This document shows positions 17,736 to 25,231 of a stretch of DNA of 37,362 nt, piece by piece. How positions within the stretch are numbered: position 1 is the first letter of the stretch; every line of letters starts with the position of its first letter. The DNA is taken from IMG/VR virus record IMGVR_UViG_3300037408_000071, positions 1 through 37,362 of that record. One strand, written 5' to 3'. The notes beneath the pieces are model-generated. The model saw nothing but the letters and a program-made list of their open reading frames with translations. It was not told the DNA's origin and searched no databases. Origin of the DNA: a virus (taxonomy: Duplodnaviria; Caudoviricetes). A program made the position numbers and the translations under genes.

Positions 17736-18376
17736 TAGAAGAAGTACGGCCGGGTGACGAGCGGCCGCCGTGCCGGGGTGCGGATGGCGCGCAACGTGGC
17801 GCCGTTGACGGCGGCCGTGTAGAGCATCTGGTGAGTGCCGGCCTGGTCGGGCGAGCTCCACGGCTTGCCTGCCATGAACATCAGCCGCGCCTTGGCCCCG
17901 CTCGCGATCGCGTCGCGCCACAGCACGCGCACCGAATCATCGACGCCGGTAGCCGTATCGAGCAGGCCCACGGCGACCTTGAGGCGCAGCGCGGCCGTCT
18001 GCGTCGAGGCTGGCGCCGGCACGACGTAGTAGCCGTCCACGCGCTCCATGACGATGCACTCGGGATCGCCCGTGCGGGTCTTCCAGTCCGGCCAGTCGTC
18101 TTCGACGTCCGGCGGCCCGTAGACGTCGAGCGGTTCATCGAAGTACCAGGCTTTCAGGATCGCCAGCACGGTTTCGCCCGTGCCGATGACCGGCGAGGCG
18201 AACGCGCGCGAGCCCGCGCCGCCCGTAATGTCGATCGGCGCCGCGGTGCGCTGCAGCCAATGGGTGCGCTCGAGGAAGTCGATCGCGGTCTGCTTGACGG
18301 CCTGCTCGATCGTCGGCGAGGGGCAGCCGGTGACGTCGATCGCGACGTCGGATGTCCAGTCGGACCACGGAGCCAT
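17735..18376 (-). CDS. Putative head-tail adaptor / connector protein (213 aa)
   Basis: GCP.P.I..A..Q.AIDF...T..W and IASGAKARL..M..KPWS motifs; position in operon. Confidence 0.7.
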   Translation of the reverse strand: MAPWSDWTSDVAIDVTGCPSPTIEQAVKQTAIDFLERTHWLQRTAAPIDITGGAGSRAFASPVIGTGETVLAILKAWYFDEPLDVYGPPDVEDDWPDWKTRTGDPECIVMERVDGYYVVPAPASTQTAALRLKVAVGLLDTATGVDDSVRVLWRDAIASGAKARLMFMAGKPWSSPDQAGTHQMLYTAAVNGATLRAIRTPARRPLVTRPYFF

Positions 18377-18388
18377 GCGGACCCCCTA

Positions 18389-19063
18389 TCAGCCCGCGCC
18401 TCGCGCGGGAGAGCCGTCGGTGCGTGAGGTATTCGGCGACACGCTGAGATCCCGCGCGTCGCCCCCGGTGATGGCGTTGGTGAACTGCATGTAGGCGGCC
18501 GCCGCCCGCTGCAGGTTGCCGGCAAAGGTCGCGTCCTTGGTGAACGCCCGGTAGCAGACGTAGTCCACCAGCGCGCCCGCGTAGACGCCCTCCTTTGCGA
18601 GCGCATCGGCCGTGTTGCTGATGTCCGTCGGCTCCTGGGCGTAGGCGACCTCGAGACGGGCTGCCGCGACGGCCGGTGGATAGACGTAGAAGACGCCCGG
18701 CACGCGCTCATCGAACATGAAGTGCTTGGTGGCCCCCGAGGCCTCGCTGTGCCAGTTCGGGTACTGCGCGTCGAGGATTTCCCGCTGCACGGGCCGCACG
18801 GCCGCGCCTGGCGTCACGCCATCGCTCCCCATGTTGCGGATCGCGTCGAGGAACCGCGTGCCGTCGGTCGGGACCGACTGCCGGGTGCCCGCGGCCAGCT
18901 GGATGACGGACACGGTCGAGTAAATGTCGGGCCGCAGGATCGCCATTTCCCGGCGGCCGTCGTTCAGCCAGCGCAGCAACTCAGGCGCCGACCAACGGGT
19001 GTTGGTCGCGTCCTGAATCAGGTCGTTTGCGCGGGTGAGAACTTCGGCCGCAGTCAATGGCAC
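18389..19063 (-). CDS. Putative head-tail adaptor (DUF6682-like, 224 aa)
   Basis: RWS..ELL.WLNDG.RE....RPD, FYVYPP and ALVDYV.YRAF.KD motifs; AGGAG RBS with GTG start. Confidence 0.75.
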   Translation of the reverse strand: MPLTAAEVLTRANDLIQDATNTRWSAPELLRWLNDGRREMAILRPDIYSTVSVIQLAAGTRQSVPTDGTRFLDAIRNMGSDGVTPGAAVRPVQREILDAQYPNWHSEASGATKHFMFDERVPGVFYVYPPAVAAARLEVAYAQEPTDISNTADALAKEGVYAGALVDYVCYRAFTKDATFAGNLQRAAAAYMQFTNAITGGDARDLSVSPNTSRTDGSPARGAG

Positions 19064-19069
19064 GGCCGG

Positions 19070-19471
19070 TTACTCCTGCGCGCTGGCGTCCATACGCGCC
19101 GCGGCGAGCTTCTGCAGCAGCGTGTCGTACTTGATGAGCTTCGGAGCCGCCCGGCCGAATCGGTAGTGGTACTCGGCGAGCAGTTCTTCCATGGTCATCT
19201 GCGCGAGGTCGGTGACGAGCTCCGGCTTGATGGCCTGCTCGAGCTCGGTGAGCTCGTTGTCAGCGGCGACGCTGGCCTCGGCCTCGACGGCCGCGGCGAC
19301 CCCGTAGGGCTTGTAGGTTTCGATCGCCAGCAATCGCTGGATGTGATCGAGGTTGACGACCTCGGCGACGTGATCGCCGTGCTCATTGGGCAGGAACGAA
19401 TACACGGTCCCGTCGTCGGGCATTTTCGTATGCGAGCCAAGCTTTCGCTTGATGGTGCAGACGATCAACAT
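19070..19471 (-). CDS. Hypothetical virion-associated protein (133 aa)
   Basis: Fills the gap in the operon; G-rich RBS; Y.F.P...GDHVAEV....H..RLL.I motif. Confidence 0.75.
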   Translation of the reverse strand: MLIVCTIKRKLGSHTKMPDDGTVYSFLPNEHGDHVAEVVNLDHIQRLLAIETYKPYGVAAAVEAEASVAADNELTELEQAIKPELVTDLAQMTMEELLAEYHYRFGRAAPKLIKYDTLLQKLAAARMDASAQE

Positions 19472-19493
19472 GATGCAATCCCCCGTTCAAAGA

Positions 19494-19517
19494 GGGGCCC
19501 GGCTTGCGCCGGGCCCC
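19494..19517 (-). terminator. Probable intrinsic terminator/attenuator after the capsid-decoration gene pair
   Basis: GGGGCCCGGC-GCAA-GCCGGGCCCC perfect 10-bp stem followed by a short TCTTTG tract. Confidence 0.7.
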
Positions 19518-19534
19518 GGTTCCACACTCACCGA

Positions 19535-20005
19535 TTACGGCGTGGCCCGGCAGACCACGAACGCGCGGATCGTGCCCGCGGCCTTGGTCGCCGATGCCGT
19601 CGTCACCTTGAAGCCAAGGGGACGAGCCGCCGCGGACGGCTGGACGGCATGGATGGCCGCCGTTGTCTGCCGCGCCAGCGTGCCGGCCTGGCCGATCGTG
19701 AGGCCCGTGGCCCATGCCGCGCCGCCATCGGCTGCCGCCGTCGAAATGTCGTCCTTCGCGGCGTTCAGCACGCCGAAAGAGACGGCATGCGCGGCCGCGC
19801 CGGTGTCGAGGTCGGTGGCGCTGTAGATGACATCGACCGGGACGTGCCCGGCGGGCAGGACGCCCATTTCGATGATGTCGCCGATAACCGTGCCGTCGCC
19901 CGTCGCCGGAACTGCGCACTCGAAGGGCAGGGTGACGAGGTCCGACCCCTGCGAGATCGGCGTCGGCAGGCGGCCCGACGCATAAAGAGACTGGATTCGT
20001 GCCAT
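19535..20005 (-). CDS. Putative capsid decoration/cement protein (156 aa)
   Basis: Directly after the capsid gene and before the terminator; GDIIEMGVLPAG...DLDT beta-rich motif. Confidence 0.7.
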   Translation of the reverse strand: MARIQSLYASGRLPTPISQGSDLVTLPFECAVPATGDGTVIGDIIEMGVLPAGHVPVDVIYSATDLDTGAAAHAVSFGVLNAAKDDISTAAADGGAAWATGLTIGQAGTLARQTTAAIHAVQPSAAARPLGFKVTTASATKAAGTIRAFVVCRATP

Positions 20006-20009
20006 GACT

Positions 20010-20025
20010 GATTACTCCTGTGATC
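20010..20025 (-). promoter_or_regulatory. AGGA-loop RBS hairpin of the decoration gene
   Basis: GATCAC-AGGA-GTAATC (one mismatch), with a further CAGGAT just upstream. Confidence 0.4.
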
Positions 20026-20039
20026 CTGCTGGTGTCGGG

Positions 20040-21182
20040 TTAGCCGGGGTTCGCAGCCGCGGTGTCCACGGCGACGATGCCGAAGTCCCGCGACACGCCC
20101 TCGATCGTGAAGGCGGTCTTCTTCACGCCGAAGATCGAGCTCGTCGTGATGACGGCCTGGTTGCCGTTGTCACGCGATTCCTCGGCCCAGTCGAAGCGCA
20201 GGCCCGTGCCCGGCGAACCGAACGCGACCACCGCCGCCTGCCGACCCATGAACAGCGCCCGAGCCACGGCGACCGAGCCGGCGCCGCCGTCTGTGCGACG
20301 GAGAACCGAGCGGTGCTTGTGCAGCACGACGTTGTTGTACATGCCGGTGCCACCCTTGAAGATCGGGTTGCTGCGCCCCTCGGCGCCCGACGCGGCCTTC
20401 TGGATGTCGAGCCATTGCCCGGTGCTGGTGTTCGTGCGCAGGTCGTACTCCTGCCACGGGTGCATCACCATGACGTAGTGTTCCTCGCCGTCGATCATGA
20501 TGGGCTCGATCGCCGGGATACCCGACGTGCCGCCGCCCAGCGTGCAGGCCTTCGCCACCAGCTTGTCGATGACCGACAGCGAGAGCTTGTCGCCCGAGTC
20601 GATGTTGCTGAACAGCGTGGCGTCACCACCGAAGGCCCGGTGCTCGGCATCCGGGGCGACGAACGTGTTGTTCGCGAAGCCCGCGTAGCCGCTCGGGTAG
20701 GTGTAGTCGCCATTGGCGAAGATCGACGCGCCCGTGCCGCTGTCGCGGAAGCCGCCGGACAGGTACAGGAAGAACAGTTCATCGAAAATCCGCGCCCACC
20801 ACTCGGACTGACGCGCCCGCGCGACCTTGCGCAGATCGTGGATCGTGCGCTTGCGGGTCATGCGGCCGCCCGTGTTCACACCGCCACGCGCCTGGTCGAT
20901 GTAGACGTTGTCCGTGTAGAACTTGAGGTCTTCTTCCTTGCCCTCGAGCGTGTTGTCACCTTCGACCGGCTGCATGCGAAGCTGCATGACGAGGTCGTAG
21001 CTGATCTGCTCGCCCGAGTCGCTTTCCAGCGACGTGAGCATCTGGATGGGGGTCTGCGCCTCGATGCCCTTGCCCATGAACTTCTTGTTGAAGTAGGACT
21101 TGCGGCCAACATCGACTGCGAGGAAGGCGGAATACTTCTTTACCGCCTTGGGATCATTCAAGCCCACAATTGTCTGAGCCAT
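20040..21182 (-). CDS. Major capsid protein, N4-gp56/DUF4043 family (380 aa)
   Basis: LESDSGEQISYDL, LEGKEEDLKFYTD.V.IDQ.R, GGRMTRKRT.HDLR, NPIFKG..GM.NNVVLH motifs. Confidence 0.93.
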   Translation of the reverse strand: MAQTIVGLNDPKAVKKYSAFLAVDVGRKSYFNKKFMGKGIEAQTPIQMLTSLESDSGEQISYDLVMQLRMQPVEGDNTLEGKEEDLKFYTDNVYIDQARGGVNTGGRMTRKRTIHDLRKVARARQSEWWARIFDELFFLYLSGGFRDSGTGASIFANGDYTYPSGYAGFANNTFVAPDAEHRAFGGDATLFSNIDSGDKLSLSVIDKLVAKACTLGGGTSGIPAIEPIMIDGEEHYVMVMHPWQEYDLRTNTSTGQWLDIQKAASGAEGRSNPIFKGGTGMYNNVVLHKHRSVLRRTDGGAGSVAVARALFMGRQAAVVAFGSPGTGLRFDWAEESRDNGNQAVITTSSIFGVKKTAFTIEGVSRDFGIVAVDTAAANPG

Positions 21183-21184
21183 TT

Positions 21185-21805
21185 TCAGTCTCCAAAGTTG
21201 ATGTTTGGAGCACTCTTGCGCTCAGTTGGTGATCGCCGCGCGTTTTGGTTCCCGCGCTGCGATGAACTCATTTTCGCCTTGGTGGCCGGCGACGCTTTCC
21301 GCCCCGCCATGAGCGCCGCCTGCGCCGCGCGCCATTCCAGGCTATGACCTTTCCCCTTGTTCGACTCACTAATCTTGGCGCGGGTTTCTGCGCTGACGAC
21401 GCGGCCCGTGCGTGCTTTCGCGGACGCCGACATCTTCGCGCGCGCTTCGGCCGATGGAACCCGGCCGCGGTTCTTGGCGCCGATCCTTTCCCTAGACTCG
21501 TCGCTCAGTTCGCCACGTTGCCCGCCGGCCGTGCGATTAAGGATGCCTAAGCCACGACTGGATGCCCTGCTGATCCAGTAACGCTCACCAGCGTCGCAAG
21601 CGTCACGATTCTCAAATTCTTCGAGGACCATGCAATCAGGCTGAAGTCCGGCGCCTCGCAACTCCCGAATCCATTGGTCGCGCGGCGTGTCGAAATGGGT
21701 GCAGTTGCGAACGTGCTTTTTGACGCGCGCGCCTACGTCCTGCGTCATTCCGATGTATCGGAGATCGCAAGCACGGGGGTCGAGCAGCGCGTACACGGCA
21801 AACAT
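21185..21805 (-). mobile_element. GIY-YIG homing endonuclease with NUMOD3-like repeats (206 aa)
   Basis: AVYALLDPR...RYIGMT....R...H, E.YWI, LN.T.GG, then repeats SAEARAKMS, SAETRAKIS, SPATKAKMS; GGAG RBS; stops 2 nt before the capsid ATG. Confidence 0.9.
21190..21223 (-). promoter_or_regulatory. Two overlapping hairpins in the capsid leader
   Basis: GAGCGC-AAGA-GTGCTC (21223-21208) overlaps CTCCAAA-7nt-TTTGGAG (21210-21190), which pairs the GGAG RBS. Confidence 0.55.
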
Positions 21806-21841
21806 CGGCACTCCACTTCGCCCTTTCGGGCTACGGTGGCA

Positions 21842-21871
21842 ACTCTGCCGCAATCAAAATCGGTTGGAGCG
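21842..21871 (-). promoter_or_regulatory. Putative phage late promoter, copy C
   Basis: CGCTCCAACCG-N13-CAGAGT, intergenic, upstream of the GIY-YIG and capsid genes. Confidence 0.7.
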
Positions 21872-21878
21872 GGTCGTG

Positions 21879-22079
21879 TTACGCGACGTCGAGCACGCCG
21901 CGACGGGCCAGCATGTCGGCGGCCACGCCCCGAGCCGGCGGGTCAATCCGCAGGCTCGGGGGTGCCGTGATCTTCAGCCGAGCCCGTTTGCCCGACTTTT
22001 CCTCAAGACGTACCTGCGCGCCGCCAATGGTCATGGTTTCCCCGACCCTCAAATCGACGTGCAGAGTCTTTTCGATCAT
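21879..22079 (-). CDS. CsrA/RsmA-like small protein (66 aa)
   Basis: LHVDLRVGETMTIGGAQVRLEEKSGKRARLKITAPPSLRI aligns by eye with the CsrA pattern L...R.VGETL.IG...V.V....G..VR.G..AP..V.V; ATGA overlap with the scaffold stop. Confidence 0.65.
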   Translation of the reverse strand: MIEKTLHVDLRVGETMTIGGAQVRLEEKSGKRARLKITAPPSLRIDPPARGVAADMLARRGVLDVA

Positions 22080-22957
22080 AGACGGGCCCAACGCTCCTGC
22101 TGCTCGGGCGACATGCGCGCGACGGCGTTCTCGAGATCATCGCCACCCAGGCTGTCCAGATGGGCGAACTCGGTCGCGTCGTGGCCGCTGTCGGCTGCCG
22201 CCGCCGGCAGGGCCGCCAGCGACTTCGCGCGGGTTTCCGGCGGTCGGCGGTCGCGAACAGCATCACGGACTGGATCCCGTGGGCCCTGGCCGCGCTGGGT
22301 GCGCTGGAAGCCGAGCGCCTGCGCGGTGGCCTCGACCTCGGCCAGGACGCGCCTGTGCGCCTCCCGAAGGTACCACTCGCCGTCATGCCCGGCGTTGGCC
22401 GGGTCGCTGGCAAGAGCGCGCACCTTGAGATCCCAGTTCTGCAGCAGCATCGGGTTCTTGTCGTAGTCGATGCCGTCGTTCCTGCGGATGTCGGATTTCA
22501 CGGCCGCGACGGTTTTCAGGTAGTCCTGCTCGGCTACCTGCTGGTTGAAGTTCTCGGTGAACGCCGCGTATTTCTGCTCGGCGCGAAGGTCGCTTATTTT
22601 CTCGTTGACCTCGTCCTCGAGCCGGTCTTTGTCTTCGGCGGAAAGGTCGCCGTTGCGGTACTGCTCGCGGATCGTCTTGCGCTGGTCGAGCAGCGCGGCC
22701 AGTTGTTCCTGATGGCCGTCGAGGGCCGGCGGTTCCAGCCGGATCGCGGTTGCCCCCAATTCGGGCTCGTCATCGGGCTCCGGGTCGGTGGCCGCGGCGG
22801 ACGCAGCTGGGGCGGCATCGTCGTCAGGGATCGCTTCGGCGGTCTTGGCGGCCTTCTCAGCCTCATCAAGGCTTCCGACGTCCTCGCCCTCAAGGGCTTC
22901 GCGTTCTTCGTCGGAGAGGTTGTTCAGTTCGGCTTGGTCAATAGCGGACGTGGTCAT
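22076..22957 (-). CDS. Capsid scaffolding protein (293 aa)
   Basis: Very acidic and helical; C-terminal LE.AVARMSPEQQERW; precedes the capsid gene. Confidence 0.8.
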   Translation of the reverse strand: MTTSAIDQAELNNLSDEEREALEGEDVGSLDEAEKAAKTAEAIPDDDAAPAASAAATDPEPDDEPELGATAIRLEPPALDGHQEQLAALLDQRKTIREQYRNGDLSAEDKDRLEDEVNEKISDLRAEQKYAAFTENFNQQVAEQDYLKTVAAVKSDIRRNDGIDYDKNPMLLQNWDLKVRALASDPANAGHDGEWYLREAHRRVLAEVEATAQALGFQRTQRGQGPRDPVRDAVRDRRPPETRAKSLAALPAAAADSGHDATEFAHLDSLGGDDLENAVARMSPEQQERWARL

Positions 22958-22961
22958 GGTG

Positions 22962-22975
22962 CGCCCTCCTGGGCG
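22962..22975 (-). promoter_or_regulatory. AGGA-loop RBS hairpin of the scaffold gene
   Basis: CGCCC-AGGA-GGGCG, 4 nt upstream of the ATG. Confidence 0.55.
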
Positions 22976-22993
22976 GTATGGATGACCACCGGG

Positions 22994-23023
22994 AATCTAT
23001 AGACCCGTCCGCCAGTTGGAGCG
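22994..23023 (-). promoter_or_regulatory. Putative phage late promoter, copy B
   Basis: CGCTCCAACTG-N13-TAGATT, intergenic before the scaffold gene. Confidence 0.75.
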
Positions 23024-25219
23024 TCACGCCGCATCGTCTATCGAGTCGATCATTTCGATCAACCGCACCATGTCGATCATCCGCTTGCGCTCAGCCTGGC
23101 GGGCCTCGCGGCGCTCCCAGTAGTCGCGCACCCGCGTCAAGAGCTCGTCGCCGTCGTCCAGCTTGCCGCCGCCGCCGTGATACTCAGGCGGCAGATCGCC
23201 CGTTTCGCCCACGACGGACAGGGCCGCGTCGGCTACCGCCCCGGCGATCGCGTCGCCGTCGAGCGTGAAGGACAGCACCGTAAGCTCGCCGCCGGCCAGC
23301 GTTGCAGCGATCGCGGCGCCCGAGAGCAGTTTGCTAATGTTGACCGTGGCCGAGGCATTGCCGCTGCCGATCGCCGCGCCCGACAAACGAACCGCGAGGC
23401 TCAGCGTGCCGGACGCCGAGGCCGAGCCGGCTGCAGTACCCTCTAGATCGACCTGGCCGGTGAGTGTGAGCGCGCCGGACGCCATGGCACCCGCCAGCGC
23501 GGCACCGTTGAGCGCAACGGCGAGCAGGATTTGCCCGCCGGCCGCGGCCCCGGCAATCGCGGCGCCCGCGAGGTTCACCGATACGCTCAAGTCGCCGGCC
23601 GCGACCGCGCCGCCGCTGGCAACTCCCGCAATCAGCTTTGCCAGCGCGAGCTCGGCCGCGGCCTGCGCACTTGCCTCGGCGTCACCCGCGATCGGCTTGG
23701 CAATCGACAGGTCAGCCGCGCCCGCCGCTTGGCCGAGTGCAGAGCCGAGCAGGCTGCTTGGCGGCAGATAGAACTCGCCGTCGATTACACCCGTTTCGAG
23801 GCCTGCCGATGCTGTTGCGCCAGCAACCGCAGCGCCCTGCAGCACGACGGCGACATTCAGCGCGCCGCTGGCGCTGGCCGAGGCAACCGCAGCACCGTCG
23901 AGGTCAACGGTCCCGACGATGTCGAGCGAGGCCTGTGCCGTCGCGCCGGCGACCGCCTGGCCGGCAAGCGCGACTTGGATGTTCAGCTGGCCGCTTGCCG
24001 CAGATCCGCTAATCGCAGCGCCACTCAGCGTCAGGACGACCGTGATCGGGGCGGACGCCTGAGCCGAGGCGATCGCCGCGCCGCTCAACGGCACCGACAG
24101 CGAGAGGTTTGCCGAGGCCGCCGAGCTCGCATTGGCGAGTCCAGCGAGCAGCTTTGAGACGACGAGCGCGGCCGAGGCCTGGCCGCCGGCAACCGCGGCG
24201 CCCGAGAGCAGGGTGCCGGTATCCAGCGCGCCAGACGCCAGCGCGGCAGCAAGCGCGCTGCCGGAGAGGTTGACGTTGAGGTTCAGCGCCGCCGAGGCGG
24301 ATCCGCCGCCGATCGCGCTGCCCTCAAGGTTCGCGACGCCAGCCGTTGAAAGGTCGGCCGATGCCAATGCCTGCGCGACTGCCGCGCCGCTCAGACTGAC
24401 CGCCAGCGTCAGCGCACCGTTGGCCGTGGCCCCAGCGAGCGCGGCGCCGGCAAGCCCCTTACTGACTGCGATTGCCCCGCTGGCGCTGGCCGCCGATACC
24501 GCGGCACCCGTCAGCGTGACCGTGTGAGAAATCGCGCCAGAGGCCGTCGCGCCTGCCTGTGCGGCCCCGGCGATCGGCTTAGTGATGGACAGCGCACCGC
24601 TCGCAGCGGCCCCGGCGATGGCTGCCCCGGCGATCGGCTTGCCGAGCGTGATCCCGGCCGAGGCCAATGCGCCCGCGATTGCCTGACCGGCAAGCGGCTT
24701 GGCGACCGTCAGGGCGCCGGATGCCTGCGCGGAAGCCGCTGCGGCTCCCGTGAGCAGCTTCACGACTGAGGCGGCCCCCGATGCCTGTGCAGAGGCGGCC
24801 GCGGCTCCTGCCAGCACCTTCGCAACCGCCAGCGCAGCGTCGGCTTGCGCCGAGGTCAGGGCGGCGCCCTCGAGCTCCTGCGCCGTGCCGCCGGCAGTTG
24901 CCGTCAGATCGCCGGATGCCGTGGCCCCGGCCGTCGCGGATCCGGCGAGTAGGTGGTACTCGGTGGTCTGGTTACGCGGCTGCCAGGACTCGGCGCTGCC
25001 CGTCAGCCGCGGGAACCATGCGTGAACCGGACCGCCAGCTGTCAGATCGCCAGATGCGGCGGCAGCGCCAATCGCGTCGCCGGCCAGCGGTTTCGTGACG
25101 TTGATTGCACCGCTCGCCGTAGCGCCAGCCGTCGCGGCGCCCTCAAGCGCCTGCGGTGACCCGCTTTCAAGCGTGATCCCAAACCCTGAGCCGCTATTTG
25201 CAACGACCGTGAAGGCCAT
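23024..25219 (-). CDS. Ala/Gly/Ser-rich repeat protein (731 aa), putative virion fibre/filament
   Basis: More than 20 imperfect ~26-aa repeats L.GAA.A.A.ASG.L; charged C-terminal helix after GGGG. Confidence 0.8.
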   Translation of the reverse strand: MAFTVVANSGSGFGITLESGSPQALEGAATAGATASGAINVTKPLAGDAIGAAAASGDLTAGGPVHAWFPRLTGSAESWQPRNQTTEYHLLAGSATAGATASGDLTATAGGTAQELEGAALTSAQADAALAVAKVLAGAAAASAQASGAASVVKLLTGAAAASAQASGALTVAKPLAGQAIAGALASAGITLGKPIAGAAIAGAAASGALSITKPIAGAAQAGATASGAISHTVTLTGAAVSAASASGAIAVSKGLAGAALAGATANGALTLAVSLSGAAVAQALASADLSTAGVANLEGSAIGGGSASAALNLNVNLSGSALAAALASGALDTGTLLSGAAVAGGQASAALVVSKLLAGLANASSAASANLSLSVPLSGAAIASAQASAPITVVLTLSGAAISGSAASGQLNIQVALAGQAVAGATAQASLDIVGTVDLDGAAVASASASGALNVAVVLQGAAVAGATASAGLETGVIDGEFYLPPSSLLGSALGQAAGAADLSIAKPIAGDAEASAQAAAELALAKLIAGVASGGAVAAGDLSVSVNLAGAAIAGAAAGGQILLAVALNGAALAGAMASGALTLTGQVDLEGTAAGSASASGTLSLAVRLSGAAIGSGNASATVNISKLLSGAAIAATLAGGELTVLSFTLDGDAIAGAVADAALSVVGETGDLPPEYHGGGGKLDDGDELLTRVRDYWERREARQAERKRMIDMVRLIEMIDSIDDAA

Positions 25220-25231
25220 TCTCGCGACTCC

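Noticed and set aside
17736-17921. Extended N-terminus of the 604-aa ORF
   Set aside because: Overlaps the adaptor gene off-frame; the TAATG-coupled ATG at 17735 is the more plausible start.
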